Assembly (NCBI GenBank): GCA_015064245.1 | Contig: SVSQ01000003.1 | Span: 1 to 50,754 of the forward strand | Length of the DNA: 50,754 nt | Reading direction: 5' to 3' | Source: Oscillospiraceae bacterium | Lineage (GTDB): Bacteria > Bacillota > Clostridia > Oscillospirales > CAG-272 | In this document: positions 36,774 to 46,066 of the stretch, in pieces | How the letters are laid out: every line of letters starts with the position of its first letter | How positions within the stretch are numbered: the stretch's first letter is position 1 | Position numbers and translations under genes: made by a program | The notes under the pieces: generated by a model | The model's database searches: none | What the model saw: only the letters and a program-made list of their open reading frames with translations | What the model was told of the DNA's origin: nothing

Positions 36774-37123
36774 TTGGTGTTCTCCTTTGCTGTTTTGCAA
36801 GATGCAATCAGCATAACTCGCAACGAAGTACATTTGGAGGATAGCGTTTTGAATGTCTGCTCATCGATATATTTTGTGCGATAAAGCAATTCAAGCCAAT
36901 ACCCCGTTTCGCTTGCTTCTTTGAGTGCAATTTCAAATTTTGATATAAAATCCTTAGTACCTTGTGCGTATTGCGCTTCGTGAATATTCGCACCAATCGA
37001 GGTGCCACTTCTGCCAATTTGATTCGCGATAATCGTTTCGTGATTTGCCTTTAAATATTTAACGAGGTTTATGATGTCAACAGAAAAGTCCATTGATAAT
37101 TCTACAAGTTTGTTTTCTTTCAT
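36770..37123 (-). CDS. Four-helix-bundle protein (23S rRNA IVP-like family)
   Basis: NQIGRSGTSIGANIHEAQY, DFISKFEIALKEASETGYWLELL; GGAGG RBS. Confidence 0.92.
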   Translation of the reverse strand: MKENKLVELSMDFSVDIINLVKYLKANHETIIANQIGRSGTSIGANIHEAQYAQGTKDFISKFEIALKEASETGYWLELLYRTKYIDEQTFKTLSSKCTSLRVMLIASCKTAKENTK

Positions 37124-37144
37124 GGCGCACCTCCTGTTGTCGTT

Positions 37145-37173
37145 ATTATATCACAATTTTGGTTGTTTGTCAA
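37145..37173 (-). promoter_or_regulatory. Sigma-A promoter abutting right hairpin ladder
   Basis: TTGACA-N17-TATAAT with extended TG. Confidence 0.85.
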
Positions 37174-37387
37174 ATGATGCATCGTCTGCGGCGATATGAT
37201 GTTTTTCGCTACGCTCAAAATGATGTTGCTCGTTTCACTCGCAATGATGCGATGTTTGCCTCATGTGCCCGCAGGCACACATCATTCGCGTCAGCGTTCA
37301 TCATTAGGCGAAGCCGTCATCATTTGCCGAAGGCAAACATCATTCAAAAAACGCACCTTTGTCGGTAGACAAAAGTGCGTTTTTTGT
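37174..37387 (-). repeat. Hairpin-ladder element, copy 2 (ATGATG x4 / CATCAT x4 plus terminator), fused to tRNA-Tyr 3' end
   Basis: ATGATG 37174, 37196, 37220, 37244; CATCAT 37280, 37299, 37318, 37338; aaaaaacgcacctttgtc-ggta-gacaaaagtgcgtttttt. Confidence 0.88.
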
Positions 37388-37472
37388 TGGTGGGAGCGGG
37401 TGGATTCGGACCACCGAAGTCAGTGACAACAGATTTACAGTCTGCCCCCTTTGGCCGCTCGGGAACGCTCCC
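37388..37472 (-). tRNA. tRNA-Tyr(GTA)
   Basis: gggagcg acceptor, cagactGTAaatctg anticodon arm, long variable arm, CCA end. Confidence 0.96.
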
Positions 37473-37475
37473 GTA

Positions 37476-37550
37476 TGGAGCTGGTGATCGGAGTCGAACC
37501 AACAACCTGCTGATTACAAATCAGCTGCTCTGCCATTGAGCCACACCAGC
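37476..37550 (-). tRNA. tRNA-Thr(TGT)
   Basis: gctggtg acceptor, gctgattTGTaatcagc, GTTCGAC T-loop, CCA end. Confidence 0.96.
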
Positions 37551-37573
37551 ATCGTATTCAATTGACGAGTGAT

Positions 37574-37602
37574 ATTATAACATATTTTTTTTCGTTTGTC
37601 AA
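37574..37602 (-). promoter_or_regulatory. Sigma-A promoter of tRNA-Thr/Tyr operon
   Basis: TTGACA-N17-TATAAT with extended TG. Confidence 0.85.
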
Positions 37603-37796
37603 TAGGTTTTTGAAAAATAATTTTAGTTTTTTGTTTTTTGTTCAAAAGGGGCGTTTTTTTGCGTACGGATTTACTCGCGCGAGACGTGAAAATGATTGAC
37701 ATACGCTTCGCGGTGTGATATAATGCTCTCAGAAGCATTTTTATCGGATTGCAAAATCAAAATGCGGTTCGGCTCAAGAAAGGAACGGTCATAATA

Positions 37797-38630
37797 ATGA
37801 AGACAATAAAGATACTCAGAGCAGTAGTGATCTTATTGCTTGCGGTCGTGGTAGGTCTGTACGTTTACGAGGTCGCGGCGCTCAAAAAGGATCCTACGGA
37901 AAATCTTATGCGGATCGCGATAATAATCGCGGGACTGGTCATAACCTTGATCCGTCTCAGAGTCTCCCGTCCCCGCAGGTCGCTGGATTATTACGAGGCG
38001 CAATATCAGAAGGTGCTCAGAAACGCCTTTGCCGACTCGGTATTCGACCGCAAGAAGCTTCTTTGCGCAGTCCGTCTTTATAATGAAGATAACTTCCGCA
38101 AGGCCGCGAAGTATCTGGTCCAGCTTCAGCCGAAATGCCGTCAGCCCGACGATTATTACGCCGTCGGTATGTTCCTTGCGCTGATATATACCGATCTCAG
38201 TCTTTACGATCAGGCTGTGATGATGTATCACCATCTGATCGGTATGAACCTTGTCTCCACCACCCTTTACGGCAATCTGGGTTACGTCTATTCGATGATG
38301 GGCGATGACGAAAAGACTCTTAGCTGTTACTCCGCGGCTCTTGATCTGGACCCCAAAAACGCTTACGCTCAGCACAATATCGCCAACTTCTATTTCGATA
38401 AGCGCGATTTCGAGAACGCCATCGAAAACGCAAAGAAGGCTTTGGAGCTTGACAGCAAGCTTCGTCCCGCCGCGACGCTTCTCGCGATAATCTATTCTCT
38501 GGAGGAAAACAAGGAGGAGGCGGAAAGATATTTCCACCTTGCCATCACCTGCGGCGAAAAGCCCGATCATCTGAGAGCGGTTATAGAGGAGTACCGAAAG
38601 GGCGCGGCAGAGGCGGAAGAGGAAGAGTAA
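37797..38630 (+). CDS. Membrane-anchored tetratricopeptide repeat protein
   Basis: Two N-terminal TM helices; YGNLGYVY...ALDLDPKNAYAQHNIA TPR pattern. Confidence 0.88.
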   Translation: MKTIKILRAVVILLLAVVVGLYVYEVAALKKDPTENLMRIAIIIAGLVITLIRLRVSRPRRSLDYYEAQYQKVLRNAFADSVFDRKKLLCAVRLYNEDNFRKAAKYLVQLQPKCRQPDDYYAVGMFLALIYTDLSLYDQAVMMYHHLIGMNLVSTTLYGNLGYVYSMMGDDEKTLSCYSAALDLDPKNAYAQHNIANFYFDKRDFENAIENAKKALELDSKLRPAATLLAIIYSLEENKEEAERYFHLAITCGEKPDHLRAVIEEYRKGAAEAEEEE

Positions 38631-38672
38631 AGGTAAAAGGCGAGTTCCCGCAAGAAAGGATTTGTTATACAC

Positions 38673-39182
38673 ATGATATTTCAACCAAAAAAAGACGCGA
38701 GAAAAGCGTCGGTGACCACAGTTTTGCTATTTGCCGCGGGCGGAACGATGTACTTTACGGGTGAGTTCGTTTCGGGCTTCCGTATGTTCTTTCAGTTCTC
38801 GGCGCTGGCGCTGATAGCTCTTGGAATATATCTTATGTCCCGTTATCTGCTGACGGATCACAGATACGTCATTTCCGACATTGAGCGCAGAGGGGACGAG
38901 GTCGCGTTTTCAGTGGTAAGGGTGACGGGTAACCGCGAAAACGTCATGGCGAGCTTTGATTTTGCCGATATCTACGCCTTTGAGCAGATTGGTCTGAAAG
39001 AGTTCGAGACGAAGCACGGAAGGGTGAATAAGGTCTATAACTACTGTCAGAATTACCGTCCTGAGGCGCCTTACCGTATGGGTATAAGCTTTAACGGAAT
39101 GAAGATCGTTTTGGTCATAGAGGCGGACGAGGCTTTGGCGCAGGAGATCAGGGCAAGGCTGACGGAGGATACTGACGTTTGA
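38673..39182 (+). CDS. Hypothetical membrane protein
   Basis: Two TM helices then soluble domain; AAGGA RBS. Confidence 0.75.
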   Translation: MIFQPKKDARKASVTTVLLFAAGGTMYFTGEFVSGFRMFFQFSALALIALGIYLMSRYLLTDHRYVISDIERRGDEVAFSVVRVTGNRENVMASFDFADIYAFEQIGLKEFETKHGRVNKVYNYCQNYRPEAPYRMGISFNGMKIVLVIEADEALAQEIRARLTEDTDV

Positions 39183-39205
39183 TCATATTTAATTTTAACG
39201 TATTG

Positions 39206-39382
39206 AAGGGCGACCGATGGTCGTCCTTATTTTAGGTGCGCTGTGAGTTTAGGGCGAACATATACGAGCGCACCCACTCGAAGTTTTCTTTTCGACAATG
39301 TCGAAACTTTTTCCTACGGAAAAAGACCGAAATCTTCGCAGACATTTGGTGTAGATTTATGTTCCCGAAATCCGAGCACACC
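39206..39382 (+). repeat. Mosaic repeat: REP-like hairpin, C tail, D (39279-39338), slot fragment
   Basis: agggcgaccgatggtcgtcct; gcgaacatatacg; D core; aaatccgagcacac. Confidence 0.8.
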
Positions 39383-39577
39383 TATAAATTGTAAAACAAC
39401 CGTTTAATGCAACATAGGTATATAACCTATATAATAAAATATTTAATAAATAATACTTGTAATTTAATAATATTTGTGTTATCATAGTAATTGTGATAAT
39501 ATTCGAAAAATCGATTTCGATATATGCGGTCATGAGTTTAAACGACAAACGAACAGTAAAAGAAAGGGACGGAGGAA

Positions 39578-42500
39578 ATGAAAAACAAAAAAACGACCAA
39601 CGAAAAAACGGGAGTCAAGACCGGAAGATCATCCGGATCGGCGGTAAGTAAAAAAAGCCGCGAGTACTACATCGCGCCGCTTATTCTGCCCGTGGTGGCT
39701 ATCCTTATCGAGACGCTTCTCATATTTGAGAGCGGAGCGGGTATAGTCGGAGAATTTGCGAGCAAGATCATTTTGGGAGTTTGCGGCGCGGCGGGCTACG
39801 TCGTTCCGATAGGACTGCTGGTGATCGCGTTTTTCTACGGTGAGCTCAAGACGAATAAGAGCCTGAAATTCAAATATATAACCCTTGCGTGCTTTGCGGT
39901 GTTCTTTGCCGCGGCGCAGGCGGCTTTCTCCGGCTCGGATCTTGCCAATATCGCCATAGCCGATTATTTTTCAGATACGGCGGTAAACAGAGCAGGCGGA
40001 GTTGTAGGCGGCGGAGCGGCGAAGCTTCTCGCTATGGCTGCTGGCGCTACGGGCGCGGGCGTGATATCCGTGATGCTTTGCGCGATCTCGCTTTCCTTCT
40101 TTATCGGAACGGGCGCTCTCGGCGTATGGAAGTACGTTTTTGAGGCGGTCCGCGAGAGAAGCGCGGTCAGAGCTCCCAAAAAGAAGAAGTCCGTCAAGGA
40201 ACAGCCCGAGGAAAAGCTTCCCGAAACGAAGTCCGAGGCGCCCGAGGTACCAACTCTTGCATTCTCGGCGTCCAAAAGAAGTTACAGCACTACCATCTCC
40301 GACGGCAGCAAGCCCGCAAGGGAGTTCGATTCCGAGAGCGGATACTATGACGCCGATTCCTACCGCGAGGTAAGGAAGACGGCGGTAGTCGAGGAAACGC
40401 CGGAGGAAAAGGCAAGAGCAGCTCAAAAGGCGAAGAACTGGGCGGATTACGGCTCTGATTTTTCGGGCGAGGAGGAAAAGAAAACCGGTTTTTCTTATTC
40501 CGATATTCCCGCGTATCAGCAGGCTGATAATCCCATGACGGCGCAGGATAAGTCGGGCGTTGGAGCTGTGATCCAGACAGGAGCTTCCGCATCCGGCGCG
40601 CCGAGGTATTCTCCTCTTGAATCAAGCTCGGTAAAATCTACAAGTAATAAGCCCGCGGCAAGCGGCGCATCATATAGCAGGGGGACGTCATCAGGCTATA
40701 AATCTCCTAATCAGAAGGAGGAGAAGCCGAGAGCGTATTCGCCCTTTGCAAATCCGCTTATGACCAGAGAAGATTTTCTGAAGGGCAACACTAAGCCCTC
40801 CGCTCCCGAAAAGAAGGAGAGCGAGTCCGAGCCTGTAGCGTATTCCCCCTTTGCAAATCCTTTGATGAGCATGAGAGCTCCTCACACCAGCCATTCCTCT
40901 ACCCCTCAGGCGTATATCGCCAATAACGCGACTGATAAGTACGTTGACAAGAAGGCGGCTGCCGAGGAAGCGAAGGCGGAGGAAGCGCCTAAGGTGGTGG
41001 ATATAACTCCTATAGTTGAGATCAAGCCCGTCGTCAAGACAGAGGCTGAGAGGGAGGATATTCACGATGACGAGCCTCTGGTGATCTTTGGGAAATCCGT
41101 CGGCAACACTCAGATGGACGACGAGGAATGCACCTACGACGACGGTGACGACGACGATACCGCAGACGAGCCCGCTCCCGCATCTCCCTTTTTGTCTATG
41201 ACATCTCCCGCCACCTCGGTGCTCGGAAAGAGCATAGATAAGCCCGGCTCCGAGAACTATCACAGCGAAGAGCCGTTAGAAGAAGAGGGCGGGGACGGAG
41301 AGTATTCCTTCTACACCTATAAGGAGAAGCGTTATCCCAATTACGTTTATCCAAAATTCGACCTTCTCGATCCTCAGAAGCCCAATAACACCATAACGGA
41401 AGAGGATATCATAGAGGTCCAGCAGAAGCTTATGGATAAGCTTTCGAGACTCGGCGTTGACGTCTCCCTTTCGGGTTACAGCATCGGTCCGTCCGTAACG
41501 AGATACGAGCTTACCCCCGGCGATAAGGTCAAGGTAAAGAACATCACCTCTCTTACAGAGGATATAGCGCTCGGACTTGGCTCCGAGGGCGTGCGTATCT
41601 CCAGCGTTCCCGGCAGAGCGGTGGTGGGCGTTGAGGTGCCGAACAAGAAGGTCACCGTCGTTTCGCTCCGTTCGCTCATCGAGAGCAAGGAGTTTATGAG
41701 CGCGAAGAGCAAGATCACGGTCTGCGTAGGTCTTACGGTAACGGGTAAGCCCGTCTATATGGATATCGACGATATGCCCCACGTCCTTATCGCGGGACAG
41801 ACCAAGTCGGGTAAATCCGTGGCTATCAACTGTATGCTCCTCAGCCTTCTGTACCGCGCCTCTCCCGACGAGGTACAGCTCATTCTTATCGACCCAAAGA
41901 GAGTCGAGCTGAACGTCTATTCCAGACTTCCTCACCTCGTGATGCCCGTCATCGACGATCCTCAGAGAGCGGCGGCTGCCCTTCGTTGGGCTGTCAGCGA
42001 GATGGAGCGCCGTTACAAGCTTCTTGACAAGATGTGCGTTCGTAACCGCGAGGAGTATTACGAGCTGAAGGATGAGAATCCCGATTTTGAATATCTGCCT
42101 CAGATAGTTATAGTTATCGACGAGCTTGCCGACCTGATGCTTCAGGTAAGAGAGCACGTCGAGGAGCTTATCAACCGTCTTGCGGCTAAGGCGAGAGCCT
42201 GCGGTATCCATCTGCTGATCGGTACTCAGCGTCCCTCCGTCGACATCATCACGGGACTTATCAAGGCGAACATTCCCGCGAGAATATCCTTTAAAGTCTC
42301 CTCGAACAGCGACTCCCGTATCATTCTCGGAAACGTCGGCGCTGAGCGTCTGCTCGGTAAGGGCGATATGATCTATCATCCTACGGGCGGCTCTCAGAAG
42401 CGTGTTCAGGGCGCGTACGTCGACGGTAAGGAGATCAAGCGTATTATGAACTATATCGTTGATAATAACGGCTCCGCCCGTTTCGATCCGGAGATCATCT

Positions 42501-42817
42501 ATCAGCTTGACAGCGAGGTGGAGAAGATGAATAAGTCGAATAAGAAGTCCTCCGATGACGAAGAGGACGGAGTTATCGACTGCTCCGACGTGGATTTCGA
42601 CTATCTCTGCCAGGCTATCGAGCTTTCCATCGAGCTTCAGCAGGTAGCGACTAACGCTATCCAGCGCCGTCTCAAGATCGGCTTCAACCGCGCCGCAAAC
42701 CTCGTTGACCGTATGGAAGAGCTCGGCTTTATCTCTAAGCGTAACGGCAGTAAGCCCCGTGACGTCCTCGTCACCTGGGACACCTACAATCAGTGGAAAG
42801 CCGCTAATGCGAAGTAG
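39578..42817 (+). CDS. ftsK: DNA translocase FtsK/SpoIIIE
   Basis: N-terminal TMs, long linker, GPSVTRYE, PHVLIAGQTKSGKS, IDELADLM, TQRPSVD, gamma domain IQRRLKIGFNRA. Confidence 0.97.
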   Translation: MKNKKTTNEKTGVKTGRSSGSAVSKKSREYYIAPLILPVVAILIETLLIFESGAGIVGEFASKIILGVCGAAGYVVPIGLLVIAFFYGELKTNKSLKFKYITLACFAVFFAAAQAAFSGSDLANIAIADYFSDTAVNRAGGVVGGGAAKLLAMAAGATGAGVISVMLCAISLSFFIGTGALGVWKYVFEAVRERSAVRAPKKKKSVKEQPEEKLPETKSEAPEVPTLAFSASKRSYSTTISDGSKPAREFDSESGYYDADSYREVRKTAVVEETPEEKARAAQKAKNWADYGSDFSGEEEKKTGFSYSDIPAYQQADNPMTAQDKSGVGAVIQTGASASGAPRYSPLESSSVKSTSNKPAASGASYSRGTSSGYKSPNQKEEKPRAYSPFANPLMTREDFLKGNTKPSAPEKKESESEPVAYSPFANPLMSMRAPHTSHSSTPQAYIANNATDKYVDKKAAAEEAKAEEAPKVVDITPIVEIKPVVKTEAEREDIHDDEPLVIFGKSVGNTQMDDEECTYDDGDDDDTADEPAPASPFLSMTSPATSVLGKSIDKPGSENYHSEEPLEEEGGDGEYSFYTYKEKRYPNYVYPKFDLLDPQKPNNTITEEDIIEVQQKLMDKLSRLGVDVSLSGYSIGPSVTRYELTPGDKVKVKNITSLTEDIALGLGSEGVRISSVPGRAVVGVEVPNKKVTVVSLRSLIESKEFMSAKSKITVCVGLTVTGKPVYMDIDDMPHVLIAGQTKSGKSVAINCMLLSLLYRASPDEVQLILIDPKRVELNVYSRLPHLVMPVIDDPQRAAAALRWAVSEMERRYKLLDKMCVRNREEYYELKDENPDFEYLPQIVIVIDELADLMLQVREHVEELINRLAAKARACGIHLLIGTQRPSVDIITGLIKANIPARISFKVSSNSDSRIILGNVGAERLLGKGDMIYHPTGGSQKRVQGAYVDGKEIKRIMNYIVDNNGSARFDPEIIYQLDSEVEKMNKSNKKSSDDEEDGVIDCSDVDFDYLCQAIELSIELQQVATNAIQRRLKIGFNRAANLVDRMEELGFISKRNGSKPRDVLVTWDTYNQWKAANAK

Positions 42818-42825
42818 GATGTAAC

Positions 42826-43000
42826 ATTCTCGCTGAGAAGGGGAGAACGCGCTTTCTTGAAAGAAAGCTGCGCAAAGAACTTCATTTACACCGACACCAA
42901 AAGGCATCGGTGTAAATGAATTACTACGTAATTTTCTTCGAAAAAAGTATGTGTATCTCTTTCAACGAGAGCGTACATTTATTACCCCAAAACATCCTTC
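42826..43000 (+). repeat. Module G repeat immediately after ftsK stop
   Basis: cgcgctttcttgaaagaaagc; hairpin 42881-42920; similar to 25920-26120 and 50062-50250. Confidence 0.9.
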
Positions 43001-43006
43001 ATCACT

Positions 43007-43048
43007 GTAGGGGCGACCATTGGTCGCCCGCAAAACCTACACAAAACA
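43007..43048 (+). repeat. GTAG-type REP-like element
   Basis: gtaggggcgaccattggtcgcccgcaaaa, near-identical to 50316-50344. Confidence 0.85.
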
Positions 43049-43060
43049 TCCGTCAATGAA

Positions 43061-43189
43061 AGCCTTCTCCAGTGGGAGAAGGTGGCACCGTAGGTGACGG
43101 ATGAGGTGAAAAAAAGTTGATTTCTTACAAACACCTCATCCGCTTCGCATTATTAAAATGCTCAGCACCTTCTCCCACTGGAGAAGGCT
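43061..43189. mobile_element. 129-bp MITE/REPIN-like element with perfect 24-bp terminal inverted repeats
   Basis: agccttctccagtgggagaaggtg / caccttctcccactggagaaggct; inner IR cggatgaggtg / cacctcatccg. Confidence 0.7.
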
Positions 43190-43284
43190 ATGATAATACC
43201 CCCCACAACAAACGATCGAACTTACACAAACCGATTATAACGCGCTACCACGGTGGCGTAAAAATAAAAAAGGAAATCAACACT

Positions 43285-43833
43285 ATGTTAATGTATATAT
43301 ATCTTGCAGAAGGTTTCGAAGAAACCGAAATGATCGCCCCCCTCGATCTTTGCCGCCGCGCAGGGATCGACGCCAAAACCGTCTCAGTGACAGGTAATAC
43401 CGGCGTTACCGGCTCACACGGAATAACAGTAAAAGCCGATATGCTTGCGTCAGACGCGAATTATACTCCGGAAAATGCTGATATAGTAATGCTTCCGGGC
43501 GGACTTCCCGGAACGAACGGACTTGAGGCAAGCGATGCGGTACAGAACGCCATACATAAGGCGTATGACGGCGGAAAGCTTGTCTGCGCTATATGCGCGG
43601 CGCCTTCCGTTCTCGGAAAAGCAGGACTTCTTCAGGGAAAGAAGGCTACCTGCTATCCGGGATTTGAAAAGTATCTGCTCGGCGCGACTCCCGTTTCAGA
43701 GAAGGTCGTTCGCGACGGTAACGTCATCACGGGCATCGGAATGGGCGCGGCAGTTGAGTTCGGACTTGAGATAGTATCCGCAGTATGCGGAAAAGAAACG
43801 GCGGAGAAGCTAAAAAATGGAATCATCGCGTGA
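43285..43833 (+). CDS. DJ-1/ThiJ/YajL family protein
   Basis: LAEGFEETE, LPGGLPG, AICAAP, ATCYPGFE; start moved to RBS-supported ATG. Confidence 0.93.
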   Translation: MLMYIYLAEGFEETEMIAPLDLCRRAGIDAKTVSVTGNTGVTGSHGITVKADMLASDANYTPENADIVMLPGGLPGTNGLEASDAVQNAIHKAYDGGKLVCAICAAPSVLGKAGLLQGKKATCYPGFEKYLLGATPVSEKVVRDGNVITGIGMGAAVEFGLEIVSAVCGKETAEKLKNGIIA

Positions 43834-44425
43834 AAGAACGAGATATAACGTAAAGGAGCACAAGATACAGCTTCGCTCCGTTATATCCGAAAAGCGCAAA
43901 CAGATAACCTCGGAAGAAAAGCAGCGTATGGACGCCGCCATCTGCCGCAGACTGACGGCTCTTGCCGGCTTCAGGTACGCCGACGAGATTCTGACCTATT
44001 CACCTCTGAAAAACGAGGTTGACATTTCCGAGGTAAACGAAGCGGCTTTGAAAAGCGGTAAGCTTCTTTCCTTTCCCAGATGCGTACCGGGTACGTCCAA
44101 TATGGATTTTTACGAGGTGACGTCTATGGAACAGCTGGAAAAGGGCTCGTTCTCCATAATGGAGCCCCGTACTGACTGCAAGCTGTGGACTCCTTCCGAG
44201 GGGAAGAGCGCGCTGTGCATCATTCCCGCTATGGCGTACGATAAGGAAGGCTACCGTCTCGGCTACGGCAAGGGCTTTTACGACAGGTTCTTAGCCGACA
44301 GAGACGTCATTAAGGTTGGCGTCGTCTATTCAAAGTTCCTCGTCGACTACAAGCTCCCTCGCGGCAGGTTCGATCTCGCCGTCAACGTTATCGTCACCGA
44401 AAAAGGCTGTCATTTTGTTAGATAG
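43817..44425 (+). CDS. 5-formyltetrahydrofolate cyclo-ligase
   Basis: KIQLR, EVD, IMEP, PAMAYDKEGYRLGYGKGFYDRFL, IVTE. Confidence 0.95.
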   Translation: MESSRERTRYNVKEHKIQLRSVISEKRKQITSEEKQRMDAAICRRLTALAGFRYADEILTYSPLKNEVDISEVNEAALKSGKLLSFPRCVPGTSNMDFYEVTSMEQLEKGSFSIMEPRTDCKLWTPSEGKSALCIIPAMAYDKEGYRLGYGKGFYDRFLADRDVIKVGVVYSKFLVDYKLPRGRFDLAVNVIVTEKGCHFVR

Positions 44426-44439
44426 GCGACACTGATTGG

Positions 44440-44795
44440 TTTGTGCGAACATAGCCTTGTGTCGCCCCTCGAAGCTTTCTTTTCGACACGGTCGAAACTT
44501 TTTTCTAACGAAAAAAGCCCGAAATATTCGCCAGCTTTGGCGGAGCTATTGTACCCAACCCCCGAGCACACGGAGTGTGTTACGCGAGGGGGTTCGGCGA
44601 GCCGTTCCGTACTACCACGGTCTTTCTTTTTCTTTCTTTCGCCTACTTCTTTCTTTTTCTTTCTCGAAAGAAAAGGAAAGAAATGGGCATTTACTAAATA
44701 AAAAGAACTTTTAAAGATAAATTACAAAATTTACTCAAATAAAACCTCTTGCGGTATGACCGTAAAAATAATTACACGCCACGGTGGCGTAAAAT
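44440..44795 (+). repeat. Mosaic repeat C tail-D-slot-A-tail-F
   Basis: D 44470-44530; 44535-44605 nearly identical to reverse complement of 15950-16022; triplex module 44621-44682; acgccacggtggcgt 44776-44790. Confidence 0.95.
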
Positions 44796-44900
44796 TAAAA
44801 AACTCACACAAACATATTATCCCACGCGAAACGTGTTTCCCCCTCCCGCCCCTTTTTTACATAGTAAAACCTATGAAAACTTAACAAGGAAAAAAGGGCT

Positions 44901-45983
44901 GTGAAAACTAACAAACAGGAAAAATACAGAAAAATATTAAAATACGCCGCGTCAGTTGCGACCTGCGCCGTAGTCTTTTCGGCGCTGGTACTGATCCTTG
45001 CAAACGACGCCTTCGCCATTACCGCGAAGAACGAAGAGGCAACGGTGACCGTTGAGGACGGCGCTTCTATCTGGGAAGCGTCCGCGCCGCTTAAAAAGAG
45101 CGGACTGATAAAGAGCCGAGCGTGGTTTTCGGCGTATCTTGCGTTGCGCGGAAAGCAGGGAGAGTGCGTCGGCGGCAACTACGTTTTAAACAAGACTGTG
45201 GGATTTGACGGCATCTACCGCGCCATAACCTCAGGTCAGAAGAAGAAGCGCACATCTGTGACAGTAGTTATTCCCGAGGGAAGCACCGTTGACGATATAA
45301 TCAACATCGTATGCGTTCAGCACGGCATATCCTCCCGCGAGGAGATGGTCGAGACTGTGAACTACGGGGATTTTTCAAAATATAAATTCTTATCCGAGCT
45401 TGCGGATTTTGACAAATTAAAAGAAAACGGGCGGAAATACCGTCTTGAGGGTTATCTTTACCCCGATACCTACTGCTTTTACTCGGATTCCTCCGCGTAC
45501 GCGGTCATCGATAAGCTGCTTCTGAATTTCGGGAACAAGTTCGACGAAAAGTACCGCCGCGCTTGCAAGGCGCAGGGCTTGACTATTGACGAGGCGGTCA
45601 CTCTTGCATCCATGATAATCAAAGAGGCGAGGTACGTCTCCGACTATCCGAAGGTCTCGTCGGTGTTTTCAAACCGACTGAAAAGCAAGAGCTTCGGCGG
45701 ACGTCTGGACAGCGACGCCACTCTGGTCTATATTCTCGGCAGACAGATGAAGTCCGAGGATAAGGCTCTGGAGTCCAAATATAACTCGTACAAATACGGC
45801 GGTCTTCCGCCGGGACCTATCGCAAATCCCGACGTCAACGCCTTGTCTTACGCCATCTATCCCGACAAGACGGGCTACTATTATTTCGTGGCGGGAGACG
45901 ACGGTAAGATACTCTATTCATCCACCTATTCGGGGCATATCAGAAATATCGAAAAGGTGAGAAATTCATCAGCGGAACAGTAG
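44901..45983 (+). CDS. mltG: Endolytic transglycosylase MltG
   Basis: N-terminal TM, VVIPEG, LEGYLYPDTY, LASMIIKE, GLPPGPIANP, YYYFV. Confidence 0.93.
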   Translation: MKTNKQEKYRKILKYAASVATCAVVFSALVLILANDAFAITAKNEEATVTVEDGASIWEASAPLKKSGLIKSRAWFSAYLALRGKQGECVGGNYVLNKTVGFDGIYRAITSGQKKKRTSVTVVIPEGSTVDDIINIVCVQHGISSREEMVETVNYGDFSKYKFLSELADFDKLKENGRKYRLEGYLYPDTYCFYSDSSAYAVIDKLLLNFGNKFDEKYRRACKAQGLTIDEAVTLASMIIKEARYVSDYPKVSSVFSNRLKSKSFGGRLDSDATLVYILGRQMKSEDKALESKYNSYKYGGLPPGPIANPDVNALSYAIYPDKTGYYYFVAGDDGKILYSSTYSGHIRNIEKVRNSSAEQ

Positions 45984-46066
45984 GGCGGCGCTCCGCAAAA
46001 TGTAAACCGATTATCCGCTTGCAGGCGCGTGCCTGCCGTCACAAAAACTATAAAGGAAAAACAAAA

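Noticed and set aside
36770-37123. Diversity-generating retroelement (Avd-like gene)
   Set aside because: No reverse transcriptase and no TR/VR pair with adenine-specific mismatches found in the window
37174-37343. Hairpin ladder as a CRISPR array
   Set aside because: Repeats are only 6 nt, switch orientation midway, and the spacers are the palindromic parts
34518-37472. Prophage or ICE integrated at tRNA-Tyr
   Set aside because: No integrase, phage or conjugation genes, and no duplicated tRNA 3' end beyond a few bases
45600-45630. Possibly inactive MltG (SMIIKE instead of SIIEKE)
   Set aside because: The catalytic Glu, the one after Lys, is retained
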